Virus record (IMG/VR): IMGVR_UViG_3300028384_001500
Coordinates: 62,001-126,000 of that record
DNA: 64,000 bases
Reading direction: 5' to 3' (one strand)
Below the pieces are notes generated by a model, which was not told the origin of the DNA, searched no databases, and was given only the letters and a program-made list of their open reading frames with translations. Within the stretch, counting starts at the first letter, position 1. Each line of letters opens with the position of its first letter. The position numbers were made by a program, and so were the translations under genes. This document shows, piece by piece, positions 26,769-35,791 of this stretch.

Positions 26769-26999
26769 TTATTTTATTAAGTTAACTGATGATGCCATTT
26801 CCGGGTCAAAATCCATCCTTAACTCAATAAGCGGATTAAATTTTACACCGCTTCTTTCTACAATAAGCGCACCTTGCGGTTTTACTAACTCTCCAGAAAT
26901 TTCTATTCCGTCAAAATCAATCTCTGTTTCTTTTTGATACTTTACACTTCTGTCATTTTCTTGACTATACGCTAATGCTATCCCTAATATTAAAAACAT
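26769..26999 (-). CDS. cglF: CglF/GltF-like adventurous gliding motility protein
   Basis: Signal peptide; ETEIDFDGIEISGELVKPQG...FNPLIELRMDFDPEMASSV matches the recalled myxobacterial CglF pattern; AGGAGG RBS. Confidence 0.75.
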   Translation of the reverse strand: MFLILGIALAYSQENDRSVKYQKETEIDFDGIEISGELVKPQGALIVERSGVKFNPLIELRMDFDPEMASSVNLIK

Positions 27000-27000
27000 T

Positions 27001-27954
27001 TTACCCTCCTAATAATAAATTTAATTCTTTTAAAGTTGACATTGCCTGATAATAGTTTTCATAATGAAAAATATTTTCATTGTTTAAATGTTCATTGTAT
27101 GCTTTTTTAGGAACCAAACACTTAATACCGTGTTTTGCATAGTCTTCAGCATGTTTTGGCGCGTCGTCAATGGCAAACTTAATTGCACCTTGATCATAGT
27201 ATTTTGACTTAGCACACCAACGAAATTTTTCAGCTGAAAAACTAATTGCATCACACGGAATGTTTTGTTGGCAAATCCAAAAATACGTATCATACAAGCA
27301 TTGCAACTCTTCTTCAGGGCGTGCAGTCAAAAGATGAATCCAGTATCCTCGGTGCTTTAATTGCCATAGAAGTTCTAAATTATCTGTGTCAATTGAAAGT
27401 TTTGCAAATCCTTCGTCATCTAAGAACATTTTAAAGACTGCTTCAGAGTTAAGATTGATTTTTGACAATGCTGAAATAAAGTAGTATTCTTTTGAGTTGA
27501 CATCAGCATCTACTTTAAATTTTTCTTTAAGCCAGTCAGAAAAACCTTGACGGAAGTTTGCCAGCACGTCATCAATATCTACAATTGCAACCGGTTGAAG
27601 ATCTTTCCGTTTTCTATTTTGCAATTCACGGTGTTTGTTAAGGTAGATATCTTTTTTATTAAAAGCTTTTTCAAACTCTTCTGGAGTTATTTCCCATGTG
27701 TTTAATGTAGCCATCATATATCTAATGACGTCAACTGTTTCATACAAAACAGTTTTTCTATTTGCTAAAGGTTCTGTATGTGAATGATGATTTTTATAGT
27801 GGGTTGCGTTAACTAATGCACTTAATTCAGCATGCGCACATAAGACATTTTCTTGCGTAATTTTCTCTTTAAGTTCACGTGATAATTGATCTGATCTTCC
27901 TACAATTTTATTGTTGTATACCTTTTGAAGGTTCATCATGCGTTTGAATGACAA
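27001..27954 (-). CDS. Degenerate MazG-like domain fused to a HAD 5'(3')-deoxyribonucleotidase
   Basis: HAELSAL...YETVDVIRY; IVDIDDVL, LLTAR, AIDDAP. Confidence 0.75.
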   Translation of the reverse strand: MSFKRMMNLQKVYNNKIVGRSDQLSRELKEKITQENVLCAHAELSALVNATHYKNHHSHTEPLANRKTVLYETVDVIRYMMATLNTWEITPEEFEKAFNKKDIYLNKHRELQNRKRKDLQPVAIVDIDDVLANFRQGFSDWLKEKFKVDADVNSKEYYFISALSKINLNSEAVFKMFLDDEGFAKLSIDTDNLELLWQLKHRGYWIHLLTARPEEELQCLYDTYFWICQQNIPCDAISFSAEKFRWCAKSKYYDQGAIKFAIDDAPKHAEDYAKHGIKCLVPKKAYNEHLNNENIFHYENYYQAMSTLKELNLLLGG

Positions 27955-28168
27955 ATTTCACCTCTTTATTATTTATTTTAAAGTTATTAAATTCATTTAA
28001 ATAATAATCAAACATGTCATTTTTTACATTATTAAAAATAAACATTGTGTCTTTTGTTTCAACGCTACCAGAAATTAAAACGTTTCCAACCATATTTTTT
28101 TTAATGGTTGAAAACGTCTTTTTGTTATCTGGTAATTCCTTTCCGTTAAAAATTACCTTAGTACCCAT
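27908..28168 (-). CDS. Hypothetical protein
   Basis: Overlaps both neighbours within the operon. Confidence 0.55.
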   Translation of the reverse strand: MGTKVIFNGKELPDNKKTFSTIKKNMVGNVLISGSVETKDTMFIFNNVKNDMFDYYLNEFNNFKINNKEVKFVIQTHDEPSKGIQQ

Positions 28169-28535
28169 TCCTTAACCTCTCCTTAATTATCTTGTGTTTT
28201 GATAAAAAAGCTTGATAAAGGTCATTCTCATCAAATCCTGTCACAATAAGCATTGCAAAAAAGTAGTTAAATGCGTCAACAATCTCTTCTAAAAATTCAT
28301 CTTTGTCAACTTCTGGTATATCAGTTTGGCGATGAGGTTTCCAATTTTTAAGATGCTGTAGTGCTTCAAACATTTCTTCAACGCCTTTAAGCGCTAAATC
28401 TCTGCAAACTTGCTGTGATTCTTTTTGTGACATGTCAAGAGGAAAGTCAGGATAAGAGCCGGGGATGTTTTCTTTCATTTCATTAATAAAATCTAATCGC
28501 TTATCAAACATTTCTTTAAGTTTGCAATTAGTCAT
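28158..28535 (-). CDS. MazG-superfamily all-alpha dUTPase/dCTPase
   Basis: GVEEMFEALQHLKNWKPH; FLEEIVDAFNYF. Confidence 0.8.
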   Translation of the reverse strand: MTNCKLKEMFDKRLDFINEMKENIPGSYPDFPLDMSQKESQQVCRDLALKGVEEMFEALQHLKNWKPHRQTDIPEVDKDEFLEEIVDAFNYFFAMLIVTGFDENDLYQAFLSKHKIIKERLRNGY

Positions 28536-28774
28536 TAGGACTCCTGATCAGGTTTAATCTTAGCAGCTTCTGATAACATTTTTTCAATATTAGATTTTTG
28601 GGTTTTTTCATACTCTGGTTCTAGGTGTAAAGAGCCATTTTCATCTGATACTAATTGAATCATTCTAAAGTGATCAACAACATCTGTCCCTGTAATAAAG
28701 CCTAGTTGGATCAATTGAACAATATGTGCTATAGTGCTATCGTTAAGTTTAAAATTGCTTAGTTTGTTTTCCAT
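28535..28774 (-). CDS. Conserved phage hypothetical protein
   Basis: LIQLGFITGTDVVDHFRMI; RBS present. Confidence 0.65.
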   Translation of the reverse strand: MENKLSNFKLNDSTIAHIVQLIQLGFITGTDVVDHFRMIQLVSDENGSLHLEPEYEKTQKSNIEKMLSEAAKIKPDQES

Positions 28775-28784
28775 TTTTTATCTC

Positions 28785-29594
28785 CTACTTTTGAAATGAT
28801 GGTACCCAATGTGTTGTTCTTTTATCAGCAGTTTTTTCTTTAATTACTGCCCTTCCATTTGGGTCAGTTTTCTGATTATACACTGCAAATCTTCGACTGT
28901 ACAATCCTTCCTTACCATTTGGTTGCCTATAACTTTCAATTGTTGCACCACCTATTTTGTACGATCTTTTTGATTGAGTAAACGTATTATAGTAAAGATC
29001 ATGCCATTCATCGTTAGATATGTCTTTAACCAATCGATTAGGTGATACTTTGGAATTCCAAAGAATTTCAGCCTTGAGGTAATTACCAACCCCTGAAATA
29101 ACTGATTGATTCATAAGACATTCCGCAATTGTTTTGTTTTGTTTTTTAATAAATCTATTTTTAAAACCTTTCCAATCGATATTTGCTGTTAAAACATCTG
29201 GACCTAATGAATTAAGCTTTTTATTTAAAACTTTTTTATCGTTAACAAATTTAAGTGTTCCAAAGTTTCTAATATCATTATAATAAAGTTCTGTTCCATC
29301 GTCAAAAAACATTACAAATCTTGCGTGTTTGTGTCGTTTATTACTCCACATACCAGTCATTCCTAGTGTACTAAAAAGATAATATTCGCTATAACCTTCA
29401 GTAAAGGTTATATAAATAAATTTACCTTTGCAATTTGCTGCATGAAATATTGCTGGTAAAGTAATAATATCTTCTCCGGGTATACTACCTTTTTTACTAT
29501 AACGACCGGATAATATTGAATATCCTGTCAAACCTTTTCCGTTAAATTGCGTTAAAAAGTCTGTTGTTGTTCTTACTTCTGGTCCTTCTGGCAT
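28785..29594 (-). CDS. mutM: Fpg/Nei DNA glycosylase-AP lyase (zincless finger)
   Basis: MPEGPEV, KGKF, LGMTG, NDIRNFG, LGPD, LMNQSVISGVGNYLKAE, RTTHWVP. Confidence 0.92.
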   Translation of the reverse strand: MPEGPEVRTTTDFLTQFNGKGLTGYSILSGRYSKKGSIPGEDIITLPAIFHAANCKGKFIYITFTEGYSEYYLFSTLGMTGMWSNKRHKHARFVMFFDDGTELYYNDIRNFGTLKFVNDKKVLNKKLNSLGPDVLTANIDWKGFKNRFIKKQNKTIAECLMNQSVISGVGNYLKAEILWNSKVSPNRLVKDISNDEWHDLYYNTFTQSKRSYKIGGATIESYRQPNGKEGLYSRRFAVYNQKTDPNGRAVIKEKTADKRTTHWVPSFQK

Positions 29595-29629
29595 ATTATA
29601 AATCCTAGATTAAAGTTGTTTTTATAATA

Positions 29630-30355
29630 TTACTTAAGCCTTTTTCTTTTTACACTAATTTTTTGTGGTCTTTGCCCAACTTTTCTTTTAGGTTTTCTGG
29701 CTTTAATGACTTCTTGAATTTTTTCTTCTGCAAACTCAAATCCCATTGCTATTAAAATTTTTTTTAATTCAGCATCTTTATTTTCTTCTGGAACGTGATA
29801 CCACTGCCAGCCTAGCTTTCTTGATATATCTTTGATTTTATTTGTTTTTTTAAGCAAATCGGTAGCTATGTTTTTTTCGATTTCTTTTTCAGGGACTTCA
29901 ATATCTAAATCGTGTGCAACCATTATAAGATCTGAGTAATTAGTTTTTTCATATGCACTTTGAGCTATTTCAAAAAGTGTATTAAATTTGTTTCTTAACA
30001 CTTCTGAATTAATATGCATTGTTACGTCTGGGTGCGTTGACTTTGCAATTCTGATGTATGTTTTCCGTGCCCATTTATCTATATTAGTATTTTTTTTAGA
30101 TGACTTCTGTATATTATCTCGTTTGTCTGTCACAACAATATCTTTATCTTTTGGACCGGTCTGAAATATATTGTCATATACCTCTTTTTGGTCAACGCCT
30201 TTATGATTAGTATTTTTAATTTTTTCTCTAAAAAAAGAAAGTCTAAAGTTTAAGTCAGAATTACCTTCCTCAAATTCTTTAGACACTACTTTTTCTTTTT
30301 CAAATGCTAGTTTATATTCTAATATTTTTACTTTATTTTCTAGACTTATATTCAT
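29630..30355 (-). CDS. J-domain-containing protein
   Basis: RKTYIRIAKSTHPD...FEIAQSAYE (HPD loop and flanking helices). Confidence 0.7.
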   Translation of the reverse strand: MNISLENKVKILEYKLAFEKEKVVSKEFEEGNSDLNFRLSFFREKIKNTNHKGVDQKEVYDNIFQTGPKDKDIVVTDKRDNIQKSSKKNTNIDKWARKTYIRIAKSTHPDVTMHINSEVLRNKFNTLFEIAQSAYEKTNYSDLIMVAHDLDIEVPEKEIEKNIATDLLKKTNKIKDISRKLGWQWYHVPEENKDAELKKILIAMGFEFAEEKIQEVIKARKPKRKVGQRPQKISVKRKRLK

Positions 30356-30548
30356 TTTTAATTTTTTTAGCCAAGAGCCAAGGCCACACTAAAAACAAGT
30401 TTAAGTCTTTCTCTAACTCTTTAATCTTAGCTTGCGTTTTGTTTCTTGTTTTTAAGTCTGTCTTGATAGGCGTATGACGCAGATTTTCTAAGTCTGTCAT
30501 AATAGTGTAAGCAAAAACTATTGATAGCGCAAAATATAATTCAATCAT
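30333..30548 (-). CDS. Small membrane protein
   Basis: Hydrophobic N-terminus and LFLVWPWLL. Confidence 0.55.
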   Translation of the reverse strand: MIELYFALSIVFAYTIMTDLENLRHTPIKTDLKTRNKTQAKIKELEKDLNLFLVWPWLLAKKIKNEYKSRK

Positions 30549-31051
30549 TATTTACCCTTCGTTAATTTTTTAATTAAATTCATTATGTCTTGATCTGTAA
30601 ACTCTTTTTTTCTTCTTGACTCAGAAACTACTTTTCTTTTTCTTTTTGTATTGTTTGACACGCTTACGCTTGCTGGTCTATTATTTTTCTTTTTAACTTC
30701 AACAAGCGAAGCAGATGTTTTTACTTTTGGTTTACTTCTTACTGTCACTGCCTCTGCAGTGACTTTAAGCCTTTTCTCAAATTCACCTTGCAATTTAAGA
30801 GGTTCAAAAAATCGATCGTCTACGACAACTTCTAAAGTCATATCGTAGACACCCTCCTTTAAAACGTGATCTAGTGGTGGAAGTGTCACAGAAACTTCGT
30901 CACCAGCGCTTTGCCCCTCAAATGCCAGTGACATATTTTTAGATTCAAGCATAAGTCGACACTTAGCAGAACCCGGGCGTGTGCCCTCAATTTGCACTTG
31001 AAACGTTAATTCGTTTTCTTCGTCAATCATCAAATCAATCTTTGAGGACAT
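30548..31051 (-). CDS. Hypothetical beta-sandwich protein with a basic tail
   Basis: Alternating beta pattern; translationally coupled to neighbours. Confidence 0.6.
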   Translation of the reverse strand: MSSKIDLMIDEENELTFQVQIEGTRPGSAKCRLMLESKNMSLAFEGQSAGDEVSVTLPPLDHVLKEGVYDMTLEVVVDDRFFEPLKLQGEFEKRLKVTAEAVTVRSKPKVKTSASLVEVKKKNNRPASVSVSNNTKRKRKVVSESRRKKEFTDQDIMNLIKKLTKGK

Positions 31052-31406
31052 TTTTTCTCCTTATTTCAGCTTCAACAATTATCTCAGGATTTTTAACTGC
31101 AAGTTTTGTAGGTGTAACTTCAATCCTAGGTGTAGGTTTATCCTGATATGTTGTACTTACTTTATTAATTATCGGATTGATTAAGTCTTTTCCATTAATT
31201 GCTACCAATGCCACACTTATCTTTAATTCTTCTAACAAGTCTTGGTATTTATCTTTTGCACGTCTCCCTGCAATTCTTGCGCCTCTTGCTGCATCAACAA
31301 CTTGGTCAACAAGGAAAGGTAAAAAACCTCTTGCTATAACTTGAGTCGTAGGGCCACCTAATCCTCTTGTTACTAGTAATCCTCCCGGGCGATTAGTCAA
31401 AGCCAC
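31035..31406 (-). CDS. Hypothetical virion-associated protein
   Basis: LVTRGLG motif; coupled ORF. Confidence 0.55.
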   Translation of the reverse strand: MALTNRPGGLLVTRGLGGPTTQVIARGFLPFLVDQVVDAARGARIAGRRAKDKYQDLLEELKISVALVAINGKDLINPIINKVSTTYQDKPTPRIEVTPTKLAVKNPEIIVEAEIRRKNVLKD

Positions 31407-31825
31407 TAGGTTACTCTTGTTCTTTCAAATATTTCATTTATTGATGCATTGCCGTTTCTATCTTTTAAGTCATATCTTGCAATTTCCGTGACGTTGTCAT
31501 CTTCGTAAAAAACCATTTGATTTGTATTTTCATCAATAATCCATCGTCCAGTATGAATAAAACGAGCCATTTTCTGATCCATTTTAATTTCTTCAGTTGC
31601 ATACACAGACGTGTTTCCGTCTACTGACCAAACAATAGACCCACTAAATCTGTTATTAAGGTCAAGCTCTACACCATACAATCCCGTTGAACTACCTAAC
31701 TGGTATACACCGGTATTAGTTGCTGATGTAGTTTCTGATCCTAATGTATCATATATAGAGTACCTAATATCAGACGTTCTATCAGCATAGCCTTTTCCTA
31801 GGTTTGCAGTTTGTAAAACTTTCAC
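31406..31825 (-). CDS. Hypothetical virion-associated protein
   Basis: GRWII...NQMVFYEDD...RYDL motif; GGAG RBS, GTG start. Confidence 0.6.
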   Translation of the reverse strand: MKVLQTANLGKGYADRTSDIRYSIYDTLGSETTSATNTGVYQLGSSTGLYGVELDLNNRFSGSIVWSVDGNTSVYATEEIKMDQKMARFIHTGRWIIDENTNQMVFYEDDNVTEIARYDLKDRNGNASINEIFERTRVT

Positions 31826-31844
31826 TTATTTCTCCTTTTGTCAC

Positions 31845-32186
31845 TTAGTTTGACGGGTCTGACGCCAAGATTTCGCTTAGATTCTGAGATTGACTTTCTT
31901 CTTGCCCTTGCAAATCGTTTCCCAGTTCAGCTTGTTTTTCTAGTTTTTGGAACTGTACCATTAAATTTTGGCGCAAACTATTTTCAGTTGTTAAAGCTAG
32001 AGCAAAGTCTCTAATACTATGAAGCGTTTCTATTAAATATTTAATTTTTTCTTGATCATCTTGATAATCTTTTGATGCTACTTCTTTAAGAGAATTATCA
32101 ACAAAAGACTTCATTTGTGAAAGTTGGTAAAGAGTTTGCTTTTCAAGTGTTGGTTTAATTAATTGTACAAAAGTTTCTTTATTCAT
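31845..32186 (-). CDS. Hypothetical helical protein
   Basis: GGAGG RBS; ATAATTA upstream. Confidence 0.6.
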   Translation of the reverse strand: MNKETFVQLIKPTLEKQTLYQLSQMKSFVDNSLKEVASKDYQDDQEKIKYLIETLHSIRDFALALTTENSLRQNLMVQFQKLEKQAELGNDLQGQEESQSQNLSEILASDPSN

Positions 32187-32217
32187 GTTGCCTCCAAGAC
32201 TAATTATTATAAAAAAA

Positions 32218-32244
32218 AAGAGAAGGCAGTAAATACCTTCTCTT
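32218..32244 (-). terminator. Intrinsic terminator
   Basis: AAGAGAAGG/CCTTCTCTT stem with a long T-run. Confidence 0.75.
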
Positions 32245-32269
32245 AATTATTCATCAAAAATTAATTTGA

Positions 32270-34096
32270 TTATCCGCGCTTAATGATCTGTACAAGATCT
32301 TCAGCTTCCAAGTCAAAAGCAAATGCCAATTCAGTTGAACTTGAGATTTCATAATCTCTAGAACCGGCGATTCTTTGTGCGTTTGAACCAGAAACTAAAA
32401 GTTGACCGTTAACAAATACATCAAGAACCTTACCTTGATCTGCGCCCTGTGAAAGATCATCAATAGTGTCACCAATATAAGATACACCAGTTTCACCACT
32501 GTCAATAGAAATATCAGTTCCAGCTGCAATTGGAGAGTCAATTACAAGTACCTGCTTTTTAGTAGTAGCTGTCGCGCTAGCATCACCAAAAGTTAAGTTT
32601 CCTGAACCATCAGTTTGTAATACTTGATTAGCAGCACCATCAGCAGCCGGCAATACAAAAGTAAGATTTGTGTCACCATCAATGTTATTAGGTGCCTTAA
32701 GCGATACAAATTCTGAACTAGATCCGGTAGTTACTAATCTTAATTCAGCGGCTGATGAACCGGCGTCGATTTGTAAACCGCTAGAAGCAGAAAGTACTGA
32801 AACTGCGTTATCTTTTAAGTTTAAGAAACCTACGTTAAAAGCAGTGTTTGGAGCATCATAGTGACCAAACTTGACTTCATTAGTTGTAGCTACATTAACT
32901 GCTGCAGTTGCTGGTGATGATCCGCCGGCGCCGGCTTGAGCAAACATAACGTTACCCGTGTTAGCGTCTAGTCCTAAATCATTACCTGCAGATGAACTTA
33001 AAGCAAGCGTGTTTTGAGATGAAATAAATTCTAACAAACCTGTTCTAGTTCCGCCATCTTCAAATTTAATTTTTCCGCTATCAGCATCTAATGTAATATC
33101 AGTAGCTGCATTAACTACAAATGACGCATTAGCTATAGCCGTTAAATTAGTTGAGTCAATCTCAAACTTATCTGTTGAACTACCAACTTCAATATCCTTT
33201 GCTCTAAATGTTACTAAGTTAGAAAATGAAGGTGTTGCTTCACCATTCTGTGCGTCCATTCTTGCAACAGCAATAATATCGTTTCCTAAGGTACCAATGA
33301 TAGTAGATTCGTCTGACGTATTAGAACCAGATGCAAATGCAATTGCTGATGTACCACTAGCATTACCTGCATTAACTGCGTTGTTTTTGTGAAGCAAGAT
33401 CATTCTATCTTCAACAAGCAGGTTAGTTGTATCAAGTGTTGTTGTTGCACCATTTACAGTGAGATCACCTGTAACCGTAAGATTGTCTGCAACTGTTACT
33501 TCAGAAGTTGTATGACCAATTGTAATGGCAACTCCTGAACTATCTGTACCTAAGTTAATCTGTGTATCAGCTTCAATATCCAGTGTACCGTCTGCTGATG
33601 ATCCAATATTAATAGCTGAGTCTCTAAATTGAAAAACGCTCGCACCGTTCAACAGTAACCCAGTGTCAGCAACGTGTGTTAAATTAACATCATCATCTGC
33701 ACCAAAGTTAAGTACTGCTGCGTCTGACTGAAGACTTGCATCATCAGCGAATACAACAGTTTTGTCTGTTCCTGTACTACTCCCAATTGTTAAAGCAGCA
33801 GATGCACCGTCTTCCTGATTAAAAATGATACCACCATCTGCGGCATAGGTAATACGAGTATTGCCATCAATATCTTTTAAAGTTGAAAGATCGTTGCCAG
33901 CAAAGGTTGTTGCACCGTGCACCCTGGTAATAGATGATACAATTTCTGAAAGTACACCCACCATCGATCCGGAACTTAAAGCAATTGCGTCTAATGATCC
34001 AGCTGCAGAAGCTGGTCTTGTGTCAATAATACCACCTTCGACGTCCCCGAAAGAACCGGTAATTTGACCTAATCTTAATTGTGTTCTTGAAGCCAT
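32270..34096 (-). CDS. Fibre or decoration-like structural protein
   Basis: G/S/T/D-rich beta repeats, VEDRMILL, LKAP...TFVLPAADGAANQVLQTDGSGNLTF, C-terminal VFVNGQ domain. Confidence 0.65.
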   Translation of the reverse strand: MASRTQLRLGQITGSFGDVEGGIIDTRPASAAGSLDAIALSSGSMVGVLSEIVSSITRVHGATTFAGNDLSTLKDIDGNTRITYAADGGIIFNQEDGASAALTIGSSTGTDKTVVFADDASLQSDAAVLNFGADDDVNLTHVADTGLLLNGASVFQFRDSAINIGSSADGTLDIEADTQINLGTDSSGVAITIGHTTSEVTVADNLTVTGDLTVNGATTTLDTTNLLVEDRMILLHKNNAVNAGNASGTSAIAFASGSNTSDESTIIGTLGNDIIAVARMDAQNGEATPSFSNLVTFRAKDIEVGSSTDKFEIDSTNLTAIANASFVVNAATDITLDADSGKIKFEDGGTRTGLLEFISSQNTLALSSSAGNDLGLDANTGNVMFAQAGAGGSSPATAAVNVATTNEVKFGHYDAPNTAFNVGFLNLKDNAVSVLSASSGLQIDAGSSAAELRLVTTGSSSEFVSLKAPNNIDGDTNLTFVLPAADGAANQVLQTDGSGNLTFGDASATATTKKQVLVIDSPIAAGTDISIDSGETGVSYIGDTIDDLSQGADQGKVLDVFVNGQLLVSGSNAQRIAGSRDYEISSSTELAFAFDLEAEDLVQIIKRG

Positions 34097-34202
34097 AATT
34101 TTCTCCTTGTGTTAGTTATATAGCATATTCGACCTAACTCAACGTAACCTACGATATTTCTTCGTTATTATTATATATTATGATACAATCTAAAGTGACG
34201 TT

Positions 34203-34421
34203 CTAATTTTTGAAAATTATATTCTTTAAATTTTTAATGTGACTATCAAATTTTGCAGACTCGCTATTAACATACTCAATAGCAAACTTATTTCCTTTAT
34301 TATCAGCGTCGTCAAACTCAAATCTAAATCGTCCACTTCGCTCTCTGCGGGCATCAATAAGTGTCATGCCTTTCATCATAAGGTAAGCAGCAATAGCGAT
34401 GTCAGAAGTTATATATGTCAT
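34203..34421 (-). CDS. DUF5659-like small protein
   Basis: TSDIAIAAYLMMKG...FRFEF pattern. Confidence 0.6.
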   Translation of the reverse strand: MTYITSDIAIAAYLMMKGMTLIDARRERSGRFRFEFDDADNKGNKFAIEYVNSESAKFDSHIKNLKNIIFKN

Positions 34422-35791
34422 GATACCACCTTATTATACATTGCCATAACCAAACTGTTTTCCTCAGGTGTTGATCCTGTTGTAAAATATAAATGAGAGC
34501 CAGTGACAGAATAGTCCTGGTAATCTGCTTTGTCGTTAGGGACCTGTAATTGACCGTTAACAAAAACACTAACTTCGTCAGAAGAAAAAGGTGTATTTGC
34601 AAACGTAAAATAAGTATTCTCTCCGTTTGCATTACCTCCTAAGACTTCATTAAAAACCATTTCTTTTTCAACTTTTATTGTAAAACTTCCACCTGCTCCA
34701 GCGTCAGAAGAAGTTAAACCGGTACCAACATCAATTACCCTTTCATTATCTAAAGATCCGGTTGCAGATAAAACTAAGTATGATGCCCCGGCGTCACCGT
34801 CACCGCTTGAAGAAGATCCTGAGTTGTAAGTTACTACGCTTACTACGTCGGAAGGGTTAAGATCAAAACCAAACTTAATTTCATTTGAAGTTGGTGTAAA
34901 GTAGTCAACATCAGCTGTGCCTACTTCTGAATCTGAACCTGAAAGAAGTAATTGACCGTTAACAAAAACATCAATCAGCGTTTCATCAAAAGCGCTGTCT
35001 TGAAAGTTTGAATTAGGTACAGAAAATGCAGATCCGGAAGTTGTTAATGAAGTAACAATATAGTCTCTTTTTTCTCTTCCACCACCCCCACCGCCTGATC
35101 CACCTGAGGCAGCTGCATCAGAAACAACCTCGTCAAGCATTTTACCAACATAGATAAATGCTCGTGCAAATGCAGGTATTTTTGACGCATTATAATCTTG
35201 TACAAAAAGTACTCCGTTGTACGTGTCTACTTGCCAATCAATATCATCAAGCAGCGGTATTTCTGTTCCTGCATTTCCCGACCCGTCGTCTTCGTATATT
35301 TTAATAACATAAGGGTTAACTAGCTCTCTTGAATAAAAGGGTGGAATTAACTGGACTTTGCCTAACGTTTCATGAACAATTTTGTCATTATCAAAGTTAC
35401 TGTCTCCTGCTTTAGAGTTGTCTGTGTCAGTTTCATATGTGGATTTAAATTTAAAAGCATAAGCATGAGGCCCAGAGACTTGAGAAGATTCTCCACTGTC
35501 ACTACCGGCGCCACCGCCTGAATCATTTGCGTCATATGTTGAACCAGGAATTGTTTCTAAAACAAACTCAACGTATTCGACAGTGCTGCTTTGTACTGTA
35601 TTTAAAGTCAACGTAGGCGTTTGTGGTATTGCTTCACCAAACAAAAGATCTGCAGATGTTTGTACAGTTGAACCAATTGACTCATTAACATCAAGGTTAA
35701 GATTTGAAGTATGTGCTTTACCTAATAGTTTTTTCTGAGAAAAGAGCGTTGCTGTTTCGTTAGTTTTTAATGCCATTACGCAACGCTCCAT
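34418..35791 (-). CDS. Fibre-associated structural protein with two VFVNGQ domains
   Basis: WQVDTYNGVLF, YVG, two C-terminal VFVNGQL...DY modules. Confidence 0.65.
   Translation of the reverse strand: MERCVMALKTNETATLFSQKKLLGKAHTSNLNLDVNESIGSTVQTSADLLFGEAIPQTPTLTLNTVQSSTVEYVEFVLETIPGSTYDANDSGGGAGSDSGESSQVSGPHAYAFKFKSTYETDTDNSKAGDSNFDNDKIVHETLGKVQLIPPFYSRELVNPYVIKIYEDDGSGNAGTEIPLLDDIDWQVDTYNGVLFVQDYNASKIPAFARAFIYVGKMLDEVVSDAAASGGSGGGGGGREKRDYIVTSLTTSGSAFSVPNSNFQDSAFDETLIDVFVNGQLLLSGSDSEVGTADVDYFTPTSNEIKFGFDLNPSDVVSVVTYNSGSSSSGDGDAGASYLVLSATGSLDNERVIDVGTGLTSSDAGAGGSFTIKVEKEMVFNEVLGGNANGENTYFTFANTPFSSDEVSVFVNGQLQVPNDKADYQDYSVTGSHLYFTTGSTPEENSLVMAMYNKVVS

Noticed and set aside
34203-34421. DUF5659-like gene interrupting the fibre cluster as a mobile insertion
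   Set aside because: It overlaps the upstream gene by 4 nt, with no terminal repeats or compositional shift
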